Assembly (NCBI GenBank): GCA_025786725.1
Contig: JAHLTZ010000018.1
Location: forward strand, 372,001 to 436,000
Direction of reading: 5' to 3'
Length of the DNA: 64,000 nt
DNA from: Syncephalis fuscata S228
Lineage: Eukaryota; Fungi; Zoopagomycota
Each line of letters opens with the position of its first letter. Position 1 is the stretch's first letter. Both the position numbers and the translations under genes were made by a program. Positions 49,006 to 62,238 of the stretch are shown in pieces. Below the pieces are notes generated by a model. That model had not been told where the DNA came from. It searched no databases and saw only the letters and a list, made by a program, of their open reading frames with translations.

Positions 49006-52000
49006 ATGGCAGATCCGTCTAACATTGCCTCTACTTCTACTTCAAATGAAGGAGCTGAGCCTGCTTTAGAAAGTAAGCCAGAAGGCAAATCAAAGAACGC
49101 CGACAAGAATGAAGCAAAGCGTTTGGCTAAACTAGCCAAGTTTGAAGCTAAACAAGCCAAACTTAAGGTAGCTATTGATTCGTTAAATGTCTTTTATTTG
49201 ATCTAGTTAACATTTTTAATAATTAGGCTGAATCTAGCGCTAGTCCAGATGGTGTTAACGCTAAGAAGAAGGAAAAGCCCAAGAAGAAGGAAGTGAAGGC
49301 AGAAGAACCAGTAGAGATTGATACAACACCAGTAGGTGAAAAGAAAGGTGCGTGTATAAAGTAGAACAGTCGGTGTAAATGAATACAAATGTCAACTAAT
49401 AACTTTAAATGAAATAGATACTACACGTCCACTGGCCGCTTCGTATAATCCAAAGGCAGTCGAGTCAGCTTGGTATGCTTGGTGGGAGCAACAAGGCTAT
49501 TTCAAGCCACAAATGACGGCAGATGGACAGCCACGTCCTGAAGGCACGTATGTTGTGCCAATTCCCCCACCCAATATTACCGGTGCCCTCCATATTGGAC
49601 ATGCATTGACTGTGGCCATTCAAGACTGCTTAGTACGCTGGTAAGTACAAATTACAAGCTAATTAATTAATTAATTAATTAATTATCAATATTAAATAAA
49701 TATTGACTATTAAATAGGAATCGTATGAAGGGCAAGACTGTGCTCTATCATCCAGGTTGTGATCATGCCGGTATTTCGGCTCAGGTATAGTCATATTAAA
49801 TAATATTAATTATTTATTAATTCAGGCTATTAGGTTGTAGTTGAAAAGAAACTGTGGAATGAAAGTAAACAAACACGCCATGATCTTGGTCGAGATGCAT
49901 TTGTTGAAAAGGTGTGGCAATGGCGTCACTTGTTTGGTGATCGTATTTATATGCAATTGAAACGACTTGGTGCTTCTTACGACTGGTCACGTACTCGATT
50001 CACTATGGATCCAGACATGTCGAATTCAGTCGTTGAAGCATTTGTACGTCTACATGAGGAGGGCATTATCTACCGTGCTGTCCGTCTAGTCAACTGGTGT
50101 GTCCACCTTAATACGACACTATCCAATCTGGAAGTAGAAAGCAAAGAGTTGACAGGCCGTACTTTATTATCGGTACCTGGCTATCCACCAGAGAAAAAGT
50201 TTGAATTTGGTGTTATTGTTTCGTTTGCTTATGTGATTGAAGATTCAGATGAGAAGATTATTGTCGCTACAACACGTCCCGAAACAATGATAGGTGATAC
50301 GGCTATCGCTGTCCATCCAGATGATACACGTTATAAGCATTTACACGGCAAATACGCTGTACATCCATTTGTTGATCGCCGTATTCCTATTATTACCGAT
50401 AGCGAGGCTGTTGATATGGCATTTGGTACTGGTGCCGTGAAAATAACCCCCGCCCATGACTTTAACGACTACGAAGTGGGTCGTCGTCATAAATTGCCCA
50501 ACATCAACATTATGAACGATGATGGCACGTATAATAGCCAGGCTGGTCCATTTGCCGGTATGAAGCGATTCGAAGCACGTGAAGCTGTCGTGGCAGCCTT
50601 GAAGGAAAAGGATCTTTATGTTGAGACCCGTGATAATCCTATGGTTGTGCCAGTATGCGCTAAATCCGGCGATATTATTGAGCCGCTACTTAAACCACAG
50701 TGGTGGGTTAGCTCTCAATCCATGGCCAATTCAGCGATGGATGCCGTAACAAATAATGAAATAACTATTCAACCAAAGCATTCAGAGCGTGAATGGTTCC
50801 GCTGGCTTGGCAATATTAACGATTGGTGTATTTCACGTCAATTGTGGTGGGGACATCGTGTGCCAGCCTATTTTGTACGCATTGAAGGCGAAGAACAAGA
50901 TGTAGGTATCACTTAGTTGTCTAGATACAGTATTAGCTACTAATGGATTGGTCATAGGTCAATGATGGTCAGTTCTGGGTCAGTGGACGTACCAAGGAAG
51001 AAGCCGAGATTAAAGCATCGGCTCAATTCTCTGGTAAAAACTACACGCTTGAACAAGGTAAACAATAAAGTGATAAAGTAATAGTAACAACGGCAATACT
51101 AATTAATGATATTATTTAAAGATGAGGATGTATTAGATACTTGGTTCTCAGCTGGTCTATGGCCATTTTCAATCCAAGGCTGGCCTGAAAAGGTAACAAA
51201 TATTTAATCAATTAACTAGTTAAGTAATTAACTATCTATTTAGACACCTGATCTTGAGCACTTTTATCCATCGACATTGTTGGAAACGGGATGGGATATT
51301 CTATTCTTCTGGGTGGCTCGTATGGTCATGCTTGGCATCAAGCTAACCGGTCGTGTACCTTTTACTGAAGTATTCTGTCATGCTATTATTCGAGATGCCC
51401 ATGGCCGTAAAATGAGCAAATCTCTAGGCAATGTCATTGATCCAATCCATGTTATTGAAGGTATTACACTTGAGAAGTTGAATGAGACCTTGCTAGGTGG
51501 CAATCTCGATACACGTGAAATCAACAAGGCTATGGCCGGTCAAAAGGCCGATTATCCACAAGGTATTCCTGAATGTGGCACTGATGCACTTCGATTTGCT
51601 ATGTGTGCCTATACATCAACGGGTAAGTAGGATAGCTTGACTAGAATGGCTGTATACTAAATATCAATAGGTCGTGATATCAATTTGGATATTCTACGTG
51701 TTGAGGGATATCGTAAATTCTGTAATAAATTATGGAATGTTGTTCGATTTGCTTTAATGAAATTGGGCGATGATTTCAAGCCACGTTCTAGTGCTGTCGT
51801 AAGTATGAATACATCAACTATATATATATATATATATATGGTATAGCTAATTAATATCTACTATGCTATTACTATTCATAGTTGACGGGCGAGGAATCAT
51901 TGGCCGAACGATGGGTTATCCACAAGTTGAATCGGGCCATTATTGATACCAATGCTGGATTGGAGGAAAAGAACTTTATGAATGCTACAACAGCCATTCA

Positions 52001-53072
52001 CGGTTTCTGGCTATACGATCTATGTGACGTATTTGTGGTAAGTATTTACCGGATAGATAAAATAGTATATACTGATTCTATATCCTACTATAGGAAGCAA
52101 TTAAACCAATTGTTGACGATACAAGCGATCAAAATGCTTCACGTCGTTACTCGGCCCAAAGCACTTTGTATACATGTTTGGAAGCCGGTCTTAAGCTATT
52201 GCATCCATTTATGCCATTCTTGACAGAAGAGCTTTACCAGCATTTGCCACGTCGTCCCGATGACACTGTCTCTACCATTATGTTGGCCAGTTATCCACAA
52301 TCAGTAAGTAATAGACTAAATATTAGATGTATATAATTTAGATTGATATTTTGTTATCTAGGATGTCACTTATGAAAATGTCAAGGCTGAAACGGATTTC
52401 GAAAAAGTATTTGCCATTGTTCGTGCCACTCGTTCTCTTATGACCCAATACAACATTACAGCCAATGCCACAGGTAATAATTAACGATAAAATAATTGTT
52501 AGTATTTGACAGTTTATTTGTATAGTTTATGTAACATCTACTACGAGCGAACTACATCTACTCGTTGAAACAGAGAAACACACCATTGTTACACTTAGCA
52601 AGGGATGTAAACAAGTATATGCACGCTTGCCAGAACATGAAATGCCCGTAGGCTGTGCATTGACCAGTCTATCTGAAGAGTGCAATGTTATGTTATTGGT
52701 TAAGGTATATACATACATACATATATATATATATAGCATTATAATACTAATAACACGTATATTAATACTTGTGCTTGATTTTATTAGGGCATGGTAGACA
52801 TTGAAGCTGAAGTAGATAAGCTTGAAGGCAAGTTGGTCAAGGCGCATAAAGGAAAGGAAGCACTTGAGAAGAAAATGCAAGTATCCAATTATATGACGGT
52901 GGTGCCTGAAGCCGTACGTGATACCAACACAACAAAGGTAATACCATACTACTATTGATATTGATAGTCTATTAACCAATACATGAATATCAATTAGGTC
53001 AAGAACTTTGAAGCAGAAATTGAAGCACTTTCCAAAAGTATTCAAGACTTTTTATCTCTTAAAGACAATTGA
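49006..53072 (+). CDS. VAS1: Valyl-tRNA synthetase
   Basis: [78 protein letters not shown]. Confidence 0.97.
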
Positions 53073-53209
53073 TTAGAACAAACGTCAATTCTTAAGAGCA
53101 TCAATAAAGTATTATTTGCTTTAATTAAACAAACATAATGGCTATTAATTGGTCTATTTGTTTATATATTAATTTATCTATTATTATTGTTGCTATTTTA
53201 AAATAAATG

Positions 53210-54510
53210 TTAAATAGATCGAACAGTATTTTTAGCAAATACATAGCCTAAACCAGATCCAATAGTTGTTGCAGCTACCGTCCATCTAATAGAATGAATA
53301 GTATTAATACATCTTTTAGTGATTACTGATATTGTTATTATTAATAATAACTTACTGTAAAGCTACAAGTGGCGCATTCACCTCTAGACCAATAACCGGA
53401 TAGGCTAAAGAGACACCTACCAATGCTACTTGCAATGCAGTATTTACCTAATATTTAAACGTTATTATATATAAATACTATCATACCAAATACTTACCTT
53501 GCTAATCATACTTGGATGAACACTGGCCGATGCAATGCCTACATTAAAGTATCGCGATATTGTAAACTAACCATAGCATAATGGTTAATTATAACAAGGC
53601 TATTAGATTAGATCTAATTTACTTACAGGTGGCGGCAATGTACGATATCGATAGTAAAATGCAGAAACAACCAGTCCAATATCCCTTCCAATAATAAGTA
53701 CAGCAAGTGGTACTAATGATGATATAAACATTAATATTAAAAGTATTCAGCTTAGTAATTACCTGGTAATAAATGTTGCATACTTAATGTGACCGTCATT
53801 ACAGTCATCATTAATTTATCAGCCAATGGATCGAGAAGTGATCCAACAAATGATGTCATATGCCAGCGACGAGCAATAAATCCATCCAACTAAATAGAAA
53901 TAAATTCATTTATTATTAGTCAATATTACCAATAATAGATTCTATACTAGATAAGTGTACGATGTATAGAATTACTTACTAGATCAGTTAGACTGCAAAG
54001 TGCAAATACCGTCAATCCAGTGGTGTATTGTCCATTAAGGATTAAATATCCAAGATAAGGTGTGGCTGCAATACGGGTCGTTGTCAATAAATTGGGAATT
54101 GTAAGCACATCACGCTGAAACTGAAATGGTCGTTTTGATTTTATAGATGTTTGAGGCGAACTGTTGTTGTTATCACTATTATGAGAATTAGTAGCCAGTG
54201 CACGTTGAGTTACAAGACTTGCTATTCTTTTGGTTATTGTTGTTTTTACTATTGATTTTTGTGCTATTGGTTTATATGCCGTAGTAGTAACAGTGGCCTG
54301 TTTATTACAGGTTAAACGACGCGTTAATGGTGTATCAAGTGTAAAGCTGCGCTTTGTGTATGAGGCTAGACTACGCGCTAACCATAAAGAATGAGCAGTG
54401 CCATAGCTATTTATCGGTAGTATATGTATATACCGTGTAGTACCGATAGTATGCCGTATTATACACGACCTACCACTAAACGGTAACGATAATGAGCCAT
54501 AAACTAACAT
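53210..54510 (-). CDS. CRD1: Cardiolipin synthase (CDP-alcohol phosphatidyltransferase) with a mitochondrial presequence
   Basis: LTIPNLLT..R, TDLLDGFIARRW..SFVGSLLDPLADK, LIIGRD, PSMISKVNTALQ. Confidence 0.92.
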
Positions 54511-54885
54511 GGCAATAAAGAAGGAAAGAAAAAGAAGGAAAAATCACTGCACCAATTAAGGTAACATTTATGTAAAATGATATATTTTGAATATTAGTAA
54601 GTATATCCATATATTCTTGCTATATACTAATAAAAGATTTATTAATAAAATAGCAATATATATAAAACAATAAATGCGATATATATTAAATGTATCTATA
54701 TGTTTACCTCGAATAAAATAGTGTTATAAATAGTTTAGATTTAAGTTGGTAATAGTAATGGTGAATAAATAGTAGTTAATTCTAATTCCATTAATTAACT
54801 GTAATATTGACTTGTGTATCCGTTATTTGTTCTCTCTATATCAACCCTCTTATTATTATTAGTATATAAATCATTGTTGTAAATC

Positions 54886-56112
54886 ATGTGTTCTATCTGG
54901 AATATCTTATTAACTCTAATAGCAATTAGTAGTAGTAGTCAAAGTAAAAGTATATCGCAACAATACTCACCTAAACATTGTCGTCGCTCGCTAGAATCAA
55001 CACTGTCGCTATCGGGAGAGTTTTATCGAGTTCGTCATCAGTGCTTTGAAGACAATTTCGTACCATTCTCTGTATATCATCAATACTATGAACCAGGTCA
55101 ACTCAATGCATTTGACATGCCAGGTCTAGTCATTGATGAATTGCGTACTGATAGAGAGTCTCGTGATGAATATTCCGCTTATGTGACCTACAACGATATG
55201 CCCGGTTTTCTTAAATGTACGTATCATACTGATTTGCAAGATAATGAAATAGATACATTGCAAGAATTGAATCAATTGGACATCGCTATACCTAAACTAC
55301 CGAACTGGCCTGGTTATACTGAACCCATTCCATTTCAAAGTATGATTGCACAGCTTTTAACGCATTTTACTACGGCCGATGGTTATGGATGTGTTGTATT
55401 AGAATTGATTGATGGTATTCGATTAAATGATTATATGTCAGAATTGGGTTTACTTGAAAGAATTGTAGAAATGCGTGATATTGTACGGCAATTACTTATT
55501 GGTAAGCAATAGTATATGTATACATGTATATATACATATATTAATTAATAATTATATTATTTAGTACTTATTTATCTCAATTATGTTGGATGGTCTCATG
55601 GCGATATTAAGCCAAAAAGTAGGTTATAATGGTAATATTAATAACTGTATTAATCTATTGTAATAGATATTATGGTACAAGTATTGCCACCAAGAATGGA
55701 TCGAAAGCCACACGTCCGAATAGTATTGGTTGATTTTAATATGGCAGCCCCAATTACTTATGGTCCATTTTATCCATACGGCCATGCCATCGGCCTTACT
55801 CCACCTGAATACTATTTGTATAAACCAATAGATATGCAACAATATGACAGTTGGACATTAGGCGCTACCATCTATACACTAATTACTGGTGAGGCACCTT
55901 ATGAAATAGATTACACGGGTGAATTCTCAATTACATGGCCATTTAAAGAAAGAAGAGACTTTATGTTTAGTCTAATGGAACATCAACAGCATATTTATAC
56001 ACGAATAAGCTATCACAGAGAACTGCAAGATTTTATTGATTTGTTAATGCAAATTGATCCAGCCAAACGATTAACACCTGAAGAAATAATGTGGCATAAT
56101 TGGTTAAAATAA
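54886..56112 (+). CDS. Signal-peptide-bearing Ser/Thr kinase-fold protein (3 exons)
   Basis: MCSIWNILLTLIAISS signal-like start; GFLKCT..NE; CVVLELIDG; GWSHGDIKPKNIMV; LVDFN; PPE; DSWTLG; DPAKRLT. No Gly-rich loop. Confidence 0.85.
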
Positions 56113-56121
56113 TAAAGGTAT

Positions 56122-56595
56122 TGGAGTTACTGTACTTTGACTCTTACATTTTTATCTATCCATTCCATCACTATAACATGTATAATATTACATCAACATT
56201 AGTTAATTCATGTGTAATTAATTAATTATTTTTATTGTTTCTTTAATATATATTGTCATTATAATATTAATTGTTCAAAATGCCATTTATTTAGTCAGAT
56301 TGGCTATAGGAAAAATGGCTGTTTAATAAGTGACTTTTATATTAATTATATTAATATTGATCTTACATCACAAATATGCCCAAAATGCAATAGTAGAATA
56401 TTAGAAAATAAAAGGAATCATTTAGATGCAATAATCCATGCTGTACATAGATATAACAACAATTAATACGGAATGACATGTAATTGCAGTCATATGGCTT
56501 CTATTAATATTTGATCAATCTTTCTACACATTGCCAATAATAATAATCGGCCTTAAATATTTTTAAAAAATTAAACAGTATGTCACACTATTTAT
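56122..56595 (+). repeat. Dispersed AT-rich repeat, copy 2 (homologous to about 20705-21195)
   Basis: Same colinear blocks and orientation as copy 1, visibly diverged. Confidence 0.85.
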
Positions 56596-56868
56596 TCAAG
56601 TGTTTAAAATATCATCTACTAATACAATGTTCTGTTACATTTAATTCTATTATATGGAAATGATAATGTTATTATATTACGTAAATATTTATTATGAATG
56701 ATCATTTAAACGCAAATTAATCCAATCAACTCATCAACTATTTAAATCATTAAGATCAGCCGTGTAAAAATATTTACTACGCTAAAGTAGAGAAATGGTG
56801 GAAGAAAGTAGGTGGGTAAAAGTAAACTTCAATTAAGAATGAATAATGAAGCTGCGTTCTTATATTAA

Positions 56869-59081
56869 TTAAACGTGGGCGAGTAAAGAGCGGGGAACGG
56901 CAATAGGCATCGATAGCAACATTTGTGCATAAGTCTTGCCTTGTCGATCAATATTCAGTGAACTAAGACCACCACCACCTATTATTCATTAATATTAACA
57001 AACTATATATGTATACATGTATTATGCTGTTGTATTAGCTACTTACCAAGACTACGTGTCAATACAAAGTTAAGTGCATGAATACCTGGCAATTCAAACC
57101 GGAATACATCACCTTGACATAAATGGCTCATATAATGCTTGACTGAGGCCGCCGTTACTTCACGTAGTAGCAATGGATAAAAGTCTGGATTACGAGCAAT
57201 TAAGCCTAATAGCAATAATGAATAGACAGTATAGTGCATATGGATAGCTACTAACCAATATTAGAGGTATCACCTTTATCACCACTACGACCATAGCAGA
57301 GACGAATCAATGGTATTTGTACAGTAGATCCATGATGATCATCTAAACCGGCTGGCGATAGCTGATGCGGTACGGTTTCGGCAGGTAACGGTGGAGGCAC
57401 TGCTGAATCAACATGGGCTTCTGAATGAAAGGCAATCGTTACAGGTGGCTTATCTCCTACGGCAGCCTCACATGAAATGAGATCACGAGGAATAAGACTG
57501 GCAAAGTGGGTTAATTGTGGCTGTGGATGTGGTCGACCTGATCCACTGCCTGTAATGCCTGGCGCCATACAAGTAGCCGACTATACATCAATGTATGTAG
57601 TTAATAAAAATAATATACAATTATTTAAATAACTTACTGGAGCAAGTTCCATACCAAATATACGTAGTGCTTGTGGATTATCGTGCACCACAACAATACG
57701 TAATACAACTTCACGTGAACCACCTACGCGAGCATGTGGTCTATTTGATAGCATTGTATTAGTGAGTTAACAGCATTAATACACAACACCTACCCATAAG
57801 TATGTTCTGATCCAATAACTTCAATATTAGTATGTCGGAAATCATCCATACCAAGTTCCTTTAAAATTTTACTAGAACGACGTAATACGGCATCACCTAC
57901 AGCCAATGCCTAGTTACTAGATTAGCAGTAATAAACGTATATACTAGGTGGATTCTTACCTTTTCACGCGCTTGTAGTCCACCAATAACTAAATCACCAG
58001 ACATTTTATAGCCATCAACATAAACACCCGATACTTTGATCCATGGCGTAGGCGGACGTCCACGCACATTGCGTACCTCGACTCGATCTTTACCTTGCTG
58101 TTGTAAGGTGACCAAGCGTAGATCCACAATAACATCTGGTAATAAATAGGCACCTGGATCCAGCACCTCATAAACCATTTGTTCACCCACCGATCCAACT
58201 GATACAATACCGCCGGTACGTGGTGGCTTTGTTACAACAAAACTACCATCCTCACGGCACTCTATAATTGGATAGCCCATATTGGCCCAGCCACCGTGTT
58301 CAGATCGGGCACTTTGCTTCCAATCGGTAAAGTTGCCACCCGTTGCTTGACAGCCGCACTCGATAATATGGCCAGCTAGACTACCCGCGGCCAATCGATC
58401 CCAATCGCCAGTCTGCTGCCATCCAAACGTATAAGCAAGTGGTGCCAGTACCAGAGCACTATCGGCGGCACGACCTGTTACAATAATACGCGCCCCGTCT
58501 TGTAATGCTTTGACAATAGGCCAGGCACCTGTATAAGCATTCAATGAAACGATACGTGAATTCTTCGATAGCTGATTCGGCAGCAAATCTTCGCCCGTAT
58601 CGCCTTGTGATTCTGTATGCTGTACATGCGCAAATGGCTGTAGAGCTTCATAAACATCCGTTCGATTTAATAAATCATCGCCGTAGATGGCTGCTACCTT
58701 GGGTGGCGATGCAATATCCATATCATGCATTGCTGCTTCAATTGCCTCTTTACACGCTAATGGATCGAGGCCACCTGCATTGGTAATAAGTGTCGTGTTA
58801 TTCGCAATGCACGTTGGCAATAGCCGTTTAATAACAAATGTAATAAACTCTTCAACGTAGCCACCTCGCGCCACTTGAGAAGCGCCACTGGCTACACCTT
58901 TCTGTTTGGCCGCAAGCTGTTGGCGTTTCCTCGCCAATATGCCCATAGTAACTTCGGCGAGGTAGTCAGCGACCAAGTAGTCCAGGGGTGGGTCGGCATG
59001 CCGTACAAGTTGTTCAGCCGCAGTGACCGAGTCACCCCAAAATGCTGAATAGCACCCAATACGAACTACTTTGTTGCTCAT
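56869..59081 (-). CDS. AtuA / DUF1446 family protein (acyclic terpene utilisation A-like), with introns
   Basis: VRIGCYSAFWGDS, DYLVADYLAEVTM, ITNAGG, NAYTGA, IVTGRAAD, AGHIIECGCQATGGNF, YLLPDV, RSGDKGDTSNIG, LGGGGLSSLNIDRQGK. Confidence 0.92.
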
Positions 59082-59651
59082 AATAGTTATTCAAACGCTA
59101 TATTGCAATAATACTGCTAATTAGCCAGTAGTAGTATAGACAAAGAAACAAAATAGGATATTACTTTCAACAGTCGTGTAATAAGAATAGGTGTGTGTGT
59201 ATGATGTGTGAGTATTAATATACACTTTTGCATCGTCACCTCACACACGTGTCTAAAAGGGATAATGGCTCCACACTTACCGAGCCCATATTCATTTGAT
59301 TAAACGATTTCCATGCTATGATTTAGATAGTTGACGAGTTGATTGGATTAATTTGTGTTTAAATGATAATGGATCATTATTTAATCATATATACAAGGCG
59401 TAGTTTAGAATAGGTATGTTTACAAGTATTTTATTTAACATTCAATGAATACTGTTGCTTATATACTAAATCTAATGCTTACAAGTCTAGTTGTCAATTA
59501 TAATATCATGTTCTACGATAATGACATTTGTTTATGCATTGATATTCATCCTTCTTATTTTACCAGTGACATTGTTCTATGAATATACTTGTCTTTACTG
59601 TTTGTTATCTATTTTTCTTATTACAATCATTGTTTTACTGATGACATATTC

Positions 59652-60110
59652 TATAAGTATATTTGCTTTTATGCTATTAGTCTTTATTCTTTATTCTATT
59701 CCACCACTTGAACAATTCCTCATCTGTATTTCAATTTGTTCATAGTCTTTTTATATGCAATGCCATTCAATTTATGGATTGTATATATTACATTATTTAT
59801 TAATTAAATAAAGATAACTATTTTACATTAAACAGTTTATTAGTCATTTAATGTGATTTGAGGGTCAAATGACTTTTTAATAACATTCGCGCAATTGCAC
59901 TGCACATTCACTCTATTGAACATGGGGACAAGTGGTGAGTTTTATTTAATCATCACATTATCACATTGTTTGTTTGTTTGGGGGACAAATGACTAATATT
60001 TAATGACGCCCAATCTACTGAACATGATGATGGATGGTGAGTGACATCACTCATCAAATACTCATCATTGTAGATTCATTATCCAGTACACATATATCCA
60101 CCATTTACCT
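59652..60110 (+). repeat. Left arm of a long inverted repeat
   Basis: 59652-59857 is nearly the exact reverse complement of 63726-63930; about 60000-60110 matches 63595-63705 more weakly. Confidence 0.9.
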
Positions 60111-60168
60111 ATATCATTCCATTCTATTACATACTACTATATACTATTCTATAATATACTAAACACAT

Positions 60169-60833
60169 TGTTACTATTCCACTAAGAGTAGAATAATAAA
60201 CGGATTACTAATATTATGCTTGGTCTTGAGTGACCTATAATGTTAGTAATTAGTGTTATATAAGACTTACTTAATTGTTTTTATTAATAAAGATTATCAA
60301 CCTTTAATTAATAATTTCTACAGAAGTAGAATAAATGACTAGAATATTGTTAGCTTTAGATAAAAGGATCAGTTCAGTCTAGCAATCACTGCAAGACTGA
60401 AATGATCAAAAGGTTCAGAATTCAAATAAAATAAAAAGAATTTAAAACCAAGATAAGATAATGTTTATTAAGATTAAGAAACATAGTTGCCATTTTATAG
60501 TAAATGGTCTTGAATACTGCGAAGGAAGAACTTGAACGGCTTGTCTGTTCAATTTCTTCTTCAAGCGATATGGGGCCAGTGTTACTTTAATAAGTAATAT
60601 GGGGCCGTGGATCGCAAATATTTATAGGCGCTGTGTTTCCTGCTACGAATTAGAAGCAATTATAATAGTATGATCGTCGTATCTTGGCTGAAAGCACGAC
60701 TATCTTTGTAAGGACCCTGACGATTACCAGAAATGGGAACAATCACGTGATGTAATTATTGCTAATTAAGTTATTTACCACATTTAGTAAATAGCGCAAT
60801 TTACACCATAGTTATACAGGTAAATTAGTAACA
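60169..60833 (-). repeat. 3' LTR (665 bp)
   Basis: TGTTACTA..TAGTAACA terminal inverted ends; direct repeat of 62239-62902; preceded on the minus strand by AGGGGAA. Confidence 0.95.
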
Positions 60834-62156
60834 TTCCCCTGCACCACACGAAAATGCGTCCTCGCATTGTCCATAACACAAAGAATGTTTTAAGTTGGAC
60901 AAAGATAATTCTTCGTATGGTTTAGCGCTTCCTTTACCTCTGTTATCCAACATAAAGATGCCATAATTGTAGTTGTCGAAAGCTGACAATAATGGCAAGT
61001 TATTCGAATGCAATATATAATTTATATTTATATTCTCGGCATTGCGTTTAAGCCGAACCAATTTAGTAGCATTCAATTTTATCTCATCGAACTTGTCTAC
61101 ATTGTTGTTTACTAGCTCGATGTAGTTGTTGCATGATATTAACCTTTGTTGTATTTTATCGACAATTGTTGAATCAACTTGCAAATCATATGACGTAGTA
61201 CTTGAATTGATATTATTAGTGCCTTCATATTCAACTATATCTTCTTGTTGCTTAGTATCAATTACTTTGTCTGAGGCAGTTTGATTCGGCGGACATTTGT
61301 TGACAATATGTACTGTCGGCTGACACGCTGTTGACTTTGGTTGTACTTTGTGACGAATTTGGTGAACAGACGTATATATCCATTCTCGCATATAAATTGA
61401 TTTTGCGTAATGGCAATGATACGGCTCGTGATCAATTTGTTCACATGAATAGTCATATGGTAGGCTACCATATTCATTAATGTGGTTTAACTCCACTCTT
61501 TGAGTGATTTTAACGATTGTATCAAAGCTGTATTGTCGAATTTGATATTCGCGTTCCATAAAATCTAAATGTCTTAACAATTTTTCCCGTATTACAACAG
61601 ATAAATTTTGCTTAAATTGATCGATCAGTTCAGCGTCACTAACATTTAGATATAGCGTACAACGTTTGTGTATTTCGCTTAACCGTTTAGCAAATGTTGT
61701 AACACTATCATTCTTTACAAATGTGCAATATCGAAATTGTTCTAGCCAAAGACGTTCTATACTTGGAGTAATAAACTTTGCGTAGAATTTTCCATAGAAT
61801 GAATTGGTTGAATAATGACCAAAATCATCGCTTTCTCTCCATGTTTGGATCCAATCTTCTACATCGTAAAACCACAGCGCTGCACGTCCTTCCAGATACA
61901 ATGATACTTTCGCTAGTTTTTCGTACTCTAGCCATCCATTCCGTCTAGCACCTTGCTCAAATAGTTCCAGCCACAGAATTGGATCTTCGTCTTTAATTAA
62001 ACTGTTGAATAACGGAATGCTATCATCAATTTTTGCGTGGTAGTCCATTGTTTTATGGGGCAGATAATAATCATTGTACTTGTATCTTGTATCTGTGGTG
62101 TAGCCTGTTGTCCATAATGGAGTTCTTCTTACTCTTGAGTTTTCCGGGCCGTCCAT
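60825..62156 (-). CDS. Retrotransposon Gag (capsid)-like protein, 443 aa
   Basis: DPILWLELFE..GW..KL..LYLEGRAALWF..W..F..F..DSVTTFAKRL..LIDQFKQNL, a Ty3-type capsid pattern. Confidence 0.85.
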   Translation of the reverse strand: MDGPENSRVRRTPLWTTGYTTDTRYKYNDYYLPHKTMDYHAKIDDSIPLFNSLIKDEDPILWLELFEQGARRNGWLEYEKLAKVSLYLEGRAALWFYDVEDWIQTWRESDDFGHYSTNSFYGKFYAKFITPSIERLWLEQFRYCTFVKNDSVTTFAKRLSEIHKRCTLYLNVSDAELIDQFKQNLSVVIREKLLRHLDFMEREYQIRQYSFDTIVKITQRVELNHINEYGSLPYDYSCEQIDHEPYHCHYAKSIYMREWIYTSVHQIRHKVQPKSTACQPTVHIVNKCPPNQTASDKVIDTKQQEDIVEYEGTNNINSSTTSYDLQVDSTIVDKIQQRLISCNNYIELVNNNVDKFDEIKLNATKLVRLKRNAENININYILHSNNLPLLSAFDNYNYGIFMLDNRGKGSAKPYEELSLSNLKHSLCYGQCEDAFSCGAGECY

Positions 62157-62219
62157 AGCATAATGCTTTATTTATTTGCACAGGAGATCTTTCGGGGCCG
62201 GTGGACCTGTTTTACCAGG

Positions 62220-62236
62220 TCCTGGTGTGCTCGCCA
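62220..62236 (-). promoter_or_regulatory. Primer-binding site, probably tRNA-Arg
   Basis: TGGCGAGCACACCAGGA two nt inside the 5' LTR; complementary to a tRNA end ..TCCTGGTGTGCTCG-CCA resembling tRNA-Arg(ACG). Confidence 0.7.
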
Positions 62237-62238
62237 AA

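Noticed and set aside
52527-53045. 172-aa minus-strand ORF
   Set aside because: Antisense to the last ValRS exons and introns.
59491-59745. 84-aa very hydrophobic ORF (and the similar 63294-63506)
   Set aside because: T-rich repeat-derived sequence within the inverted-repeat structure; no evidence of coding.
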